This document shows, in pieces, positions 46,952 to 60,306 of a stretch of DNA of 64,000 nt. This stretch comes from Azolla caroliniana (lineage: Eukaryota; Plantae; Polypodiophyta): positions 16,182,001 through 16,246,000 of the forward strand of contig JBHGNT010000009.1 of the NCBI GenBank assembly GCA_043228905.1. Reading direction: 5' to 3'. Numbering within the stretch: position 1 is the stretch's first letter; every line of letters starts with the position of its first letter. The notes under the pieces are model-generated. The model was not told the origin of the DNA, searched no databases, and saw only the letters and a program-made list of their open reading frames with translations. Position numbers and translations under genes: made by a program.

Positions 46952-49153
46952 AACACTCTTAGGTTATTTAATTTGGCATTGTTTATTTTCTATGTAAGAG
47001 GGTCATGTGATATAGATCCAATGTTTGCACAATGTTTTGTCGATATTTGTGTTATAATGTAATTGTGATAAAATGCTAACATCCTCAATTTGAAATGAAC
47101 TTCTAATTTGAAGCTTGCATTGAACTTTTTGTAACCAAACATTGAATGTACAAAATAGATTACATCCATGATGGTTTTGCGTCATTGATTGCAAAGCACA
47201 AAGGATTTCTTGCAATAGAGGATATTGATGATATCAAATGGAAACTTATAACAAAGTTCATTTGATGATATATTACATACTTCACTTGTATTGAATTCTT
47301 TCCTTTGATAATGTTTTAATGAAAGTTATATTTACTTTTAAAACATAAAAAACAAGGGTCACATATCAAAAAGTAGGATTGAAAAGAACGAATTAAGAGC
47401 AAAGATAAAAAAAAAACATTCAAGGAAGTAGTTTGGCATTCACTGCTCCAAAGGAATGTCGAGTTCTAATGCATAGAAATACGAGACACTAACTTTTACT
47501 ACCTATTGCTTTCAAGAACTCTTTCTTATGCTTCAAAGCCCAAAAGCGGTTATCCTATGAGAATCACCATGCATTATCTGCAAAAGAAATGCCAAATAAA
47601 GTTTATCGTTTATTGTTATAGATTGGGCATGCCAAATATGTCCACAATACATCTACGGGCACGTGCGCGCATGTGTGTGTAGAAAGTGCCATATATTGGT
47701 CCTATGAGAATCACTATGCATCATATTCTAGTGGAAATACCAAATAAAGTTTGCTGGTGTTTTAGGTTTGACATAGGTAAGCCAAATATATCCACAACTA
47801 CACCTATGCATATGTCTTATATACAAAGTACCTAGTGGTTCTAATTGCCATATTCCACTAATTTATGTAGTGTTTGTAAGTCTTATGTAGAAAGTATCTA
47901 GTGGTCTTGATGGCCACAATCCACTAATTTGTGTAGTCTTTGTAATCTTAGTGAGGTTGTTAAGATCATAAGAGCATGGTTCTCCATATTGATCTGTGTT
48001 TCCAAACTTTTGCTTAGCAAAAACTATTTGAGCTCCCTTCTAATCTTGTGGGTACTACTATGAAACATCTTTCAATGGAATTTGCACCCCCTCTTCCGTA
48101 TACTAATACGATCTTAACGACATGCAAGCCTTGCATCCAACATTTATTGGGCATCTGCTCACTTACATATGATCTTAATGAGATAAAGCCTTGGCCATCA
48201 TCCCCTCCCCTCAAGGGCTTTGTGTAGTGAACTCCTTCAATGAACCTGATTCAGAGACTAATACTCCTCACAATGAGTACCCTAGTTCTGTAGGCAACCC
48301 ACTTTAATGCTATTACTACATTCTCTCAACTATGTTAAAACCCTAAAGGCAAAGCAGTCATCAACAAGCACAAACCCATTGATTATGTTCAGTAACCATT
48401 TATGTATGTCGAGTGGCTCTTAAGCAGATAAAATGGTTCTTCATGAAGATATACATATACATGGATGTATTTATGACATTAGATTATATTAATGAACACT
48501 AATTAATCAACGAAAAACTTGTATAGGTCATATGTATAAATCCATAATGAACAGCCAAAAAACAATTTCCAGAAACTAAAAAGGCAATCCTCTCCCATGA
48601 TAGCCCTTCAAACTAGGATATTTCATTGCATCCAGGTAATAATGAACAAGTTGCATGATTATTAATCATGGCAATATTTTGTGTGCAATATTACAACTTG
48701 CCAATATAATGAAATTCATTTAACATGTGAAAAGCATCGATAAAAGTATTGAAGTAGCTGTTATAATTGGTTACGCTCATTGTAATATGCTAGAAAAAGA
48801 AATTACTTTATTCCCCCATTTTTAGCAATGCTAGCAAATGACATCAATGTTATTACCTTACAGAAGCAAAGCCTTCATAAGGTGGGTTTCATATCAAATA
48901 TAGGGCAATAAGGAATGTTCCTTTACAAACATTTTCTATGAGCTTCACTATACATACAGAATGTTAAAAGGAATCTTTTCCCAAACATTTGTTCCAAGGC
49001 CCCGCGGTTTTACGTCAGACTTCTCATATTATCATCGCACTTCTATATCAAATCAAATGCGAGGAAAGCCATGTATGAACATAGGCATGAACATGTGACG
49101 TAAATAAATAAAACTACACAATATTGCCACATAAGTGTTACTCCAAATGAACG

Positions 49154-52100
49154 CTAACAGATTTTACATTCCCCACGGAGGCTTGCAGCTGTGGCCTCAC
49201 TAATTTTGACATCTACAAATGATCCAATCAAAGAACTATCCCCTTTAAAGAAAGTTACTTTGTTCCCACCAGTGCGACCCATCACCTACGCAAAAAATAA
49301 CATTCACTTGACTTAAGTAGAATTTGCGTGTGAAACCCAATATTCATGCAAAAATAACATTGAATTCCTATATTAAAATCTCGAGATAGTTGTAAGCCAA
49401 GGTAGAGATCAACCTAAATTTTGAATCTTAAAATTTGAAAGATACATATATACCCTGAATTATGAGATGTTTACCTAAATTTTGGATATTAAAATTTGAA
49501 AGCTACATATATACCCTGAATTATGAGATTTTTTCAGCATAAAAAACTCCAAATACATTCATTTTCAACAACTGTAATTGAAGATTCATTACCTTTAGGT
49601 CAAATTACTGTTTTCTCAGCATTGCTTACAAACCATATACAATGAGTGTGGATTACCTGGTCCTCTTTGCCTGGTCTTGGATTCTTAGCTTCAACAAGGA
49701 TCTTTTCTGTTCTCCCAATATATCTTTGGCTTCGTTCAAAAGCATGATTCGTTACAAGCCTGTACACCAGATGACAAAAAGCAAATGCCCATGAGGCAAT
49801 ATTCCTTCTAGGTTTCTAGTATGATGATGTAAAGAAATATAAAATGTTTGTGAAAATGAATAGAAATATGATCAAAGAATTCCAACACCAGATTGTTCAT
49901 GAACCAACAAACCTGTTAATGCGATGCAACCTGTCTTCTTTCACTAGATCAGCAACCTATCAGGTCATAAAATCTTAATTAAAACACACAGAGATTGCAT
50001 TTCCCTTTACAAAATTGAGCCAACTCTAAACTGTGGAATCATAAAATATGCGAAGATGTTGCCAAGAAAATGGCCCTCTTCTTGTAGACATGAATGATCT
50101 CAAGCACCAAAGACTTTGATATTCTAATTCAGAATGTCTTTCATATAACCATTGTGAAAAGGATCCACCATCCAGATCATCCATTCCGTATTCTGTCACA
50201 TGAAATCTCTTCTGTTGCTACAATATTATAGCAAAGACTTGGGATAGGATAAAGTAACAACTCTATTTATGATATAGGATATCAGAATATTAACAAGGAT
50301 ATGCAGATGGGGAAAACCTGGTTTTCCCATACAGCTGCTGGTGTGTTTGGTCTCGGAGAATATGCAGCAGTATTGACAGCATCAAATTTTACTTCTGTTT
50401 AAGAACAAAAAGAAACAATAAATTTGTAAATATAATCCTGTGCCTGAATTGCACATGTGAGAGTGACGTTCATAGTCAGGTTTCACACAACTAAACCAAA
50501 AGATATAGATACATACCTTCCATTAAACTCAACGTGTTACAAAACTGCTCTTCAGTCTCGCCTAAGGCATTGAAACATCCCAAAAGTTTAAGTTTACTGT
50601 GTGTATGTGAAAGAGGGATTGAGTGGTGGAAGAATCTGACAAATAATCCTAAAATCCTAGAGCATTATCTTCTGATGAAATAAAATACTGGCATACTCAT
50701 GATACACATCTAGTAAACTCACCAGGGAATCCCACAATGGCATCTGCACTAATAGAAGCATCTGGAATGTAATGCCGTATCATATGTATCATGTCTAGAT
50801 ATTTCTCTCTAGTATAACCACGTTTCATTTCCTGCATGAAATCATTGATATGTATGTATTTGTATATGATTCAAAGTCAAGGTGAAGAACTCATATTCAA
50901 TCCTAGTGAAAAGTGTACCCGAAGAACAATATTATCCCCAGATTGAAATGGGATATTGAAATATTCACACACTTTAGGAAGCTCCTGACAGGTCTTTATA
51001 AGTTGCTCAGTGAAATATTTAGGCTGCAAAAATCATTTTTTAGTATTGACCTTATATTTTACCTTTAAAATGATAATGGAAGCATGAACATAAACGAAGC
51101 TTCTGCATACATGGGATGTTACAAACCGAATACGCTCAATACCCGGAACATCATGTATGTATAGTAAGAGGTCGGCAAGCGTCCACCGCATCCTTGTTGA
51201 GTGATCATTGTCTAGAAGACCTAAGTCCCTTCCATAAGCATCTATATTTTGTCCTAGCAAGGTGACTTCTTTGTACCTAAAAAGCGCAAGTATTATCATA
51301 ATTTCAAGCTTGTACGAATTGCGGTTAGGGTTGGCACCAATAACCATGAATTAGAAATTAACCGAAATTTAATTACACAATTGATAATGTACATAAAGCA
51401 CAACATTATCAATCCTCTCTTTGAAAGATGAATTAAAAACTGACGAAAGTAGTGCCCAATCATAAGAAAGACCAAAGTGTAAAATATTAAGGTGACATCA
51501 AAGATTTCAGATGAATCCAATAAGATGAGAATATGAATCTTGAGAACATTAATGGATAATAAATTGGACCAAACGGTCATAAGTACAGACTAACCTTAAA
51601 ACTAATCAAAACATAAATACACAATATCATAGGCATAATTGTCACGCAAAATATAAAAGCATCCTATCAAGAATAAGACGACAATAGAACACCAAAACAT
51701 ATAAGATCAGTTGTGACCATGCCAGAACAATATTCCTATCAAGAATAAGACGACAATAGAACACCAAAACATATAAGATCAGTTGTGACCATGCCAGAAC
51801 AATATGAACCTTATCTTAAGATATTATTTTTCTTGAGAATTAGCATTTAATTTCAGTTTATGTACTTAACAGGTGCAGAACATTAACTGAAGCTCGAAAA
51901 AAGTACAACTTTACCACCAAAGTACTTTAACCAGTTCAACAAAAATGAAACAAGGTTCCAATCTCTTTGAGTTTGAGCATATTTCCTCAAATTCTCCTTA
52001 ATCAATCACAGATAGAACATGACAGCTGCAAAGCACTTGTTTCCTTTTCTGTGGACTTCTTCTTAGTCTTTAACCTAGAAAGAATTCTCAAATCCTATAA

Positions 52101-55100
52101 GATGTGCATTTCATCATGAACTTATCTATTTGCAAACATTTCATTGGATGGAATATGAATAACCTTTATTCATGGAGCTAGAGAAACCCATCAGATCATA
52201 CAACTCAAATGATGCATGGATGTTTTGGATATTCGCTAAATCACCTATTTTCATGGAGCTCAGGAAGGTTAATCAAACTGCAGAAAAAAGATGTTCAGGT
52301 TTAAGCAATACCCTGCCTCACCCAAAGCCAGCATATCTCGTCGAATTGCTTCCGGAAGACGTGACTGCTCCCTACCTCTAGTGCCAGGTACAACACAATA
52401 TGTACAACCCTCATTGCAGCCTGCACATGACAAAAGAATATAAATTCACGATGCATTTGAAATGGATCATTACCAACCAAGTTGCAGATAGATAGGAACT
52501 ACAAACCATAAATAATATTCACCCAAGCAGTGACTGTTGAATCTCTGGAAGGAAGAAAACCTCCAAATATTACGATTCTAAACAGAATATATTTGAAGAT
52601 ACTGAAAAAACCAATAAAGAGAAAAGAAGAATCTAGCATACCTTCGAGGTTTCGTGATATCTTCCAGAATATGAAAGGGTTCTATTGCACAAACCTGACT
52701 TCCTTGTTCAACCTGTGATTAGGAAACAAACAAATTATAAGATAAAACATTGAATGTCCAAGTGATCCACAGTGATGTATGAAAGGACATTATATTGGTT
52801 TGAATGCAAAGTTCAAATGTCATAAATGCATCCATACATTTTAGCTGTCTCGAAGAGCATAAATAACAATGTTTTTGTGCCCCCCAGTAGCTCTTTGAAA
52901 GTATACTTGAGAAAACGCCCATGCAAGTGATTCGTAGTATTGTATGAAAGGCCAAATTTCAAACGTCATCGGGTGATCCAATTATTTTAGCATCTGAAGG
53001 GTGCATAAATAGCAATATTTTTGTATGATGGTGTATTTTTTTAGAGAGTATAGTTGAGAAGAGCTTTTTATGAATATATGGGTCACGAGAAACATCCATA
53101 TATGACATTAATGGCATCTCACTACTTGTGGATGTTCTCATTATTTAGATCTATACTGCTCAGTGAATAGCTACTGATTCCATAAACTTATATTCTAAAT
53201 ACTAATGCTGAGCATTGCAGAAAACATGAGTAGCAGAAAACTGGCTATGTTCAATATTTGATACACGCAGGTCATGACATGGCATATTGAGTACCGCTGT
53301 CTCCCCACAATAGTTACATTTTCCACCAAAAAAACATCTCTGAAGCTAAGAATATCAATTGCTAATGGACATGATTTCTCCCAAAAACTTAAAGTTATAT
53401 TGCCATCCCAAACTATAGTGATCTTTCATAGGTTCAGCACATCATCTTTGATACATGATCTCCGTTCACATATTCCAATACTTATAGTAATCGATTCCAT
53501 GAAACCTTTATTCATGGAGCTAGAGAAACCTTTATTCACCAATACTTATAGTAAATCGATTGGATGGGTTATCTTTCTAGGGTTCAGGGAGATTCACTTT
53601 CTGAAGAATTTACAACATTTAACAATTGACATAAAATGCAGAGCTACTTTGATCTCAGGTCAATAATTTCTAACCTGTTCAAGAAGTTCCATCAAACGGC
53701 CAACATGTTGCGGACCCATCACAAGATCAACTTCAGGCACACGTCGTAGTAAAGCATTTCCTTCTTGTTGGGCTACACAACCAGAGACAACCACCCTGAA
53801 GGTAGGATCATTATGCTTTCGAATTTTTTGTCTACCCAATGCACCATATACCTGAATTTTGTGAATGTCAGGTAACCTTTAAAACATTATATGCAAGAGG
53901 AAACCCCAGAAATTCATGACTCTTTAGGGACTGAGGTTCAACCTCACTCATTTAGGTACATAAGAACAAATTTAGTTTAAGACTTTCAGTAAAGATGCAT
54001 TCACAAATAACAACAAAGTTTGGATTTTCAATCATAGAAAAAGGTTAAATTTACATAAAAAGTACATAATATACAATTTTAACATATTTCCTTCTTTTAA
54101 TCTTGGTACATCTTATTAAAGAAACATTGGTATTTTGTAATATTGTTTTGTATTATGATTTTGTAAAGCACAATGAAACATGGAAGACAACTTCTGATGG
54201 AGATAAAGGGATCAAAAAATGATGGCAAATACGGAAGAAACAAATGATCAACAAACATTTTAGAAGCAAGACACAGTTGTCGTTACGAACTACACAGTCA
54301 TTCAGGCTTAAGGTTCATTCATCTTCATAGCTCAATGTTGTACTACTCTCTCAGTATATGCAAATCAAAACTCATTCACTGTAATTGCACATGGATAATC
54401 TAGTGTTTTGCCAGTTACTTTAGCCAAATCAGTCACACAATGACTTTAAGTGCATTGCTATATGCAGTTGCAACTCATCCACAATTATTGTACATGGATA
54501 GCCAAGTGTCAAGTGCTCAACTTAACAGTTTGAAAATCCAAAGGATGATGCTAGTGTCACAGAAGGGAGGGGTCTATTATGGCAGACAGACCAACCGTGC
54601 ACACTTGATCAGCATTAGGGAAAGTAGTGGCAGAGTTTTGTGCTAGTTGGAACAGGAATTGGCAAATCGTCCCCAAGCAATTCGAAGATGTTGCCAGAAT
54701 GATTTCCAAGGTCCTTCTGTGTTGGCCATAGCATGGATCGACAATGGTGAACCAACACTTACGTAAACTCTAGCCCTGAACAATATAAATCGGACATCAA
54801 GTGTTCTGGCCAGATCAGATTGTTGGTCCAAATGAAATGGTTAAACTTCTTATTTATCCGTCAGGATGAATCAGGATGAAATGGAACAGGAAAAAGCAAA
54901 GGTTCAATGGCTTTTACAAAAAGTGCAACAAAACTTAGTTATTAGCATATTTGCAGCATCGCCGTCCATGTTAGATTGACAAGAGTTCAGTCACTATTCT
55001 TGGCTTACATACAGTATTACCCAATTATGATTGACTGGCCCAAACAAATGATCCAGAAGATCAACTCAGAAATCATAGGACGCTTGGGTGCTCTAAACAG

Positions 55101-57987
55101 TCACACAAATGCAGAAGGCTCATTATTACAAGAGAAACTATGCACACCACAAATGTGGAAAGGAATAAATATTCTTAATGTATAGTGCACATGGTGGCAA
55201 GAAATGCAACTTTATTGCCAAAATTTGCTCAGCAGACATTGCGATGGGAAGGATGCTAGCATATATGACTTCCAATTTAAAACCCAAGTTATTTACTCAT
55301 GGGATACTAACCAGTGGGATGTAGTTTTTGGGACACTTGAAGGACATATCAAAGATGTCGATTTCATTCCAAGCTTCTAAAGTTTTGGAAGTACATATTG
55401 CAATACATAAAATGGAGAGGAAGAAACTCAGAATTAGGGAACTCTTTGCACATAGAGAGCTTACAATGTAATATCATGTTTCCATGATCATTAGCCGAGC
55501 AGGTAAACTAGAAGCTTTTTTCTTAGCATGAAGAGGCTGAACATGATTACAATCTCTTTTTAAGCTTCGATGACATGGCATGTCGTTATAGTTTTGGGCC
55601 ACATCATCGATTCATATGGAAATCGATTAACAGAATTGGTAATTCCATTAATAACTGTGCCTCCTTTAGACAGGGATTACTCATAATTGGATGCTGAAAA
55701 AGACAATATTGTTAAACCAATGGATAACATTGACATACATTCAGTGTTATAGGTTGCTACAACCACCCTCCTCCCAGTTCCAAGAATATGAAAATGATTT
55801 GTAACACTTAAACAATGCAATCTTGGTGGAAAAACAGGTTTGATGATATAGCGAGGTTTGGTTTTCCATTTAAGATAACTTCGCCATATTGTGCACACTG
55901 TGGTGGAGAATCAGAAACAACCTTGCACTCATGATGAACCTCACTCACCAAAGCATTAAGCTGCTTTTAACACTTTAACCCAAATTTTCTAAACAACAGG
56001 TTTGATGATATAGCGAGGTTTGGTTTTCCATTTAAGATAACTTCGCCATATTGTGCACAATGTGGTGGAGAATCAGAAACAACCTTGCACTCATGATGAA
56101 CCTCACTCACCAAAGCATTAAGCTGCTTTTAACACTTTAACCCAAATTTTCTAAACAACAGGTTTGATGATATAGCGAAGTTTGGTTTTCCATTTAAGAT
56201 AACTTCGCCATATTGTGCACACTGTGGTGGAGAATCAGAAACAACCTTGCACTCATGATGAACCTCACTCACCAAAGCATTAAGCTGCTTTTAACACTTT
56301 AACCCAAATTTTCTAAACAGCTTGGGAAAATGTTTGGTTGTTCAAAGAGGTAAACTAGAAAGCTAAGGTGTTTGGTCAACCAATTATAGAAAGTTGGACT
56401 CTTCAAGCAATCCCTCAAACAATCTCGATTCAATTATCTACACTTTAGAGACATCTAACTTCAATTTTACTTGGAGTGCTTCAAAGCATTTTAGTTCTAC
56501 TCAACACTTTATACATTTCCCTTCATTATTTTTTTGGCTTTTCATCTCACTTGGCGGTTTCCCACGAGTAATATAGGTATAGCTAAAAAGAAAGTTACCC
56601 TCGAGGAGTCAAGGGATAAACATCAACTCCTCTCTTATTAACACATGTTCTTGAGAAATTATTGTGTTCTAGACGTATGTCAAGAGTATCTTTCTTACAG
56701 GAAAGCTCAAATAGGACGAATACATGGAGCAATCAACTCGTTTCACCATTTGTACCAAGGATGGTCATGTGTACCCCTGGGGAAAGACTTGTACTGTGTT
56801 ATACATGCTCCTCAGACCTCGTACCATAAATTAATCTGCATGCATGTCTCCATAAGTTGGGTTAGCAATACAACAAGCTACATTCTGATAGTTATGTTGC
56901 CAAAGGAAATGGAGAAGTTTGGTCACATGAAAGTAGGTTTCTATGGACTGTGTGATGTACCATCTCTTCTTTTTCCACATCCCTAACAGAATAGGATCAT
57001 TCATATATACAACAATGATGATCACAAATGAATGAGTGAGTTGAGGAATCCACCAAACACCATGAGAGATCCTCTTCTCATAACAAAGTACTTATGAGAT
57101 CCTTCAATATTGCCAGATGATCGCTGTCAGCAAATCTCCACAATAATGGAAACTGAATTCTTCTTCCTATTCTTCTTCTGATGCAATTTGCCTACTTTGA
57201 CACCTCTCTTCACTTGACTTTACTGGATTATCTGTGTCACCTAATCTTCAAAACAATAGAAATTGAATCTTTGGATTCAAAAATGCATCCCCAAAGGTCA
57301 ATCCAGATAAGCTGAGTACTGATCTTCCTATTCTTCTTGTGATGCAATTTGCATACTTTGACTATTCTCCTCACTTGACTTTATTACCTCATCATCACCT
57401 ATGGACCCTGTTTTCATACCAGAACTGAAAACACATTGAGGATTGGTAATATTATAAAGATGAACGAGATCTTTATAGGATTCGCACCGTGGTCTCTTAT
57501 ATCCTTCTACAAACAATGTCACAGCCATCTTCTGCAAAGGTTTTAAGTGAAAACACTGGCTGCTCAGTTATAGTTATTATCTCTTGAGAATACTGTTCAT
57601 GAACACCACTCGATTACAGGCTTCTCACTTTCTCCTGGGCTGCTTGTAGCAATTTACCTTTTTAGTGTGTTATTTATGTCACAGCCACTTCCAATGATTT
57701 CAAAGAAGCTATACATTCTGCGCAACTTTTGAAAAAAAAAAAACCTTTTGTATGTTATATTCCTTTCACTTTAACGAAGTACATACTTCCTTGACAGTGG
57801 GATGGCAACCCATGGCAAAGAAGCTCTATATTTTGTTATTTTCATTCTTTTAACCAAATGAAATTTGTAAGTCTTGATAAAGCAAGCGCTATTCTCTTTC
57901 AATTTTTAATGGGGATAGTAAAAAAAAACAAATTTCTAAATCTGTTTATCTCCTCTTTTTATTTCTAACACACAATCAACGTGCATT

Positions 57988-58024
<37 letters not shown>

Positions 58025-58477
58025 CTTTAATAATGGAGATAGCAAAGAAAAGGAGAGAACTCTCTCTTTCCATTCCTGAAATGCACACACACCACATACC
58101 TTCTGCTCGGCTTTATCACGGATGCTGCAGGTGTTGAGAATGAGGAGATTACATTCATCAGGGGAAGGAGCTTCTGTATAGCCCTGCGCTTCCAACTGAC
58201 CAGCCATACGCTCGGAGTCTGCAACATTCATCTGGCATCCCATGGTGACAATGTGGTAAGAGAGACGTGCATTGACAGAAGAAGTGGACTCCTCTTCTGC
58301 TTCTTCTTTGATCCTGACAGGTGGAGGAAGGACAGGAGAAGAAATGGCGCGAACTCTGAGGGGGGCACAAGCATGGTGGACCTTCTTGGCGGGGGGGGGA
58401 GGGAAGCGGAGAAGAGGGGAGGCGTCAGAGAAGAAGAGCTTCTTGGGAGGAGGAGAGAGCAAGTTGAGGGAAGCCAT
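49154..58477 (-). CDS. miaB: tRNA-2-methylthio-N6-dimethylallyladenosine synthase MiaB (radical SAM methylthiotransferase), probably plastid-targeted, 517 aa, 13 exons
   Basis: Exons on the minus strand: 58477-58100, 53851-53675, 52712-52642, 52544-52507, 52420-52312, 51276-51111, 51023-50919, 50831-50723, 50561-50517, 50394-50318, 49956-49913, 49759-49657 and 49285-49154. All introns are GT-AG and the total of 1554 nt is in frame. Domains: UPF0004 ([29 protein letters not shown]), radical [38 protein letters not shown] and a C-terminal TRAM. The S/P/R-rich N-terminus resembles a transit peptide. Confidence 0.95.
51662..51805. repeat. ~73-bp tandem duplication in a miaB intron
   Basis: TCCTATCAAGAATAAGACGACAATAG...GCCAGAACAATAT occurs twice in tandem. 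Confidence 0.85.
55833..56319. repeat. 162-bp tandem repeat x3 in miaB intron 1
   Basis: CAGGTTTGATGATATAGCG starts at 55835, 55997 and 56159, and the copies are nearly identical. Confidence 0.92.
56560..57120 (-). mobile_element. Highly decayed Copia RT remnant in miaB intron 1
   Basis: [14 protein letters not shown] resembles the Copia LLLYVDDMLI motif. Other weak RT-like traces lie nearby. Confidence 0.4.
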
Positions 58478-58482
58478 GGCCG

Positions 58483-58765
58483 CCGTCTCTGTCTCTGTCT
58501 CCGTCTCCGTCTCCGTCTCTGTCTCTGTTTTGTGTATTAGATAAGCCTCCCTCCTTGTCTCTCTGTCTCTGTCCCTTACGAATGCAGACGAATGCAAAAC
58601 ATTCTTTTTCCCATACGAATGCATGCGTATGTCTCTGTCTCTGTTTTGTGTGTTAGATAAGCCTCCCTCCCCCTGTCTCTCTTCTTTGTCTCTCTGTCTC
58701 TGTCCCTTACGAATGCAGACGAATGCACAACATTCTTTTTCCCATACGAATGCATGCGTATGTTA
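58483..58765. repeat. Tandem duplication and (GTCTCT/GTCTCC)n tract in the miaB 5' region
   Basis: GTCTCTGTTTTGTGT..TTAGATAAGCCTCCCTCC ... CCCATACGAATGCATGCGTATGT is present twice. Confidence 0.85.
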
Positions 58766-58820
58766 TCAAAATGTTCCTCTCTTTTTTCATCAAAAAGATT
58801 TCCCTCGTTACTATTATTAA

Positions 58821-58983
58821 CAATCGGCAACGGTTCGGTTCGGTTTGAGAGGGGTCCAAACCGAACTGTTTAATTTTTTTAAACCTGAACCAAACCAAAC
58901 CGAACCGTTGTTTCGTGGTTCGGTTTCGGTTTTGAAAATAGGTCAAATTTTTATTTTATTTTATTTTTTAAAATTCATAGTAT
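58821..58983. mobile_element. Probable hAT-type MITE end, interrupted by the Gypsy
   Basis: A cluster of CGGTTCGGTT/AACCGAACC motifs like those in the MITE at 30280-31066. Its TIR and TSD partner are not visible in the window. Confidence 0.45.
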
Positions 58984-59394
58984 TGTCATGTGTGGGGGAC
59001 CACACTAGATGGTTTGGTCCCAAGAGGAACCAACAAACTTGTAACTAACTAGGGGTAGAGCCAAGAAAGGTGGAAAACCTTATAAAGAGAGATGCCTACC
59101 AAGAGAAGAAAGGGTCGGTAATTGAGCACATTACATTGGTGGAAATAATGGGCATTTTTAGATCAACCACCGTCGCACACTCACTGATCATCACACAGAA
59201 CATCCCACACACCCACTGATCATCTCACAGAAGCAGCCCACCGATCATCACACACAAGTATCCCACTGATCATCACAGAAGTAACCAGCCGAGAAGACGC
59301 GAATTCAAGAGAGCATCAACAAAGATGCAGACATTAGATTTCAACAACACAATGAGTATGCAACCAGAGTTCGTGGAACAGACCTCTCCAAGCA

Positions 59395-60306
59395 ATGCAA
59401 GCCGAGCAAATGCTTCAAGCTATGTTAGCAATGATGATGCAAGTAAACCACACAAATCAAACAATAATGAATTGGTTAACTAATCAATCACAACAAACAG
59501 GAAACAACACAGAGAAGCTGAAGGACGCCCGAATTAGACCACGATCATTTTTCGGCCTGCCAACAGAAGATGTATTGGCTTGGCTAGATCACTTTGATAA
59601 TGTCGTTGGCTATCATCAATGGAGTGATGACAGAAAAGCCCTAGAACTGCGCACGGTATTGGAAAATGTTGCAGCAACCTGGTTTATTCAACAACCAGAA
59701 GAAGTAAAACAAGATTGGTCATACCTACGCGAACAACTGGTACAACACTTCGCCAATAATGATATAACACAAACAGCCCTGCAACAATTAGGTAACATGC
59801 GTCAACAAACACATGAACCAGTAGCACAATTTGCAGTAAGATTAAAACAGCTCTTACTTCGAGTCGATCCAAACATGAAAGAGACTATGAAGCTATATTT
59901 CTTGCTGCCTAGGCTGAGACATGACATCTATAGGAGAGTAAAAGATCAAGGGCCAACAACCTTCCAAATGGCCGTACAAATCGCCCAACGTATCGAAGCA
60001 CCTGATTATATGGAACTGCTGCAGGCACCTGCAATGCCACAACAAAACAATCAGAAGCATCAAATCGAATCCACAGCATGCCCGATGGATATTGACATCC
60101 AAAATGCACAAATTAATGCTAAGAAGCAACTCCCAAGTCGAGACACTCAAGGACGCCCCCGTTGTTTTTACTGCAATAATTATGGTCATGTTAAGAAATA
60201 TTGCAGGAAATTCGCCGCATCTAGACACCATCAAAACGCACAAATCCAATTGGCCAATTCCACATCTCTAGCCGATATACAGGAAAACATCAATGCGAGA
60301 CGTTGA
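59395..60306 (+). CDS. Gypsy Gag (capsid plus CCHC knuckle)
   Basis: Open 303-aa ORF with a capsid region (LENVAATWF ... RQQTHEPVAQFAVRL), a PMDID motif and CFYCNNYGHVKKYC. Confidence 0.85.
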   Translation: MQAEQMLQAMLAMMMQVNHTNQTIMNWLTNQSQQTGNNTEKLKDARIRPRSFFGLPTEDVLAWLDHFDNVVGYHQWSDDRKALELRTVLENVAATWFIQQPEEVKQDWSYLREQLVQHFANNDITQTALQQLGNMRQQTHEPVAQFAVRLKQLLLRVDPNMKETMKLYFLLPRLRHDIYRRVKDQGPTTFQMAVQIAQRIEAPDYMELLQAPAMPQQNNQKHQIESTACPMDIDIQNAQINAKKQLPSRDTQGRPRCFYCNNYGHVKKYCRKFAASRHHQNAQIQLANSTSLADIQENINARR

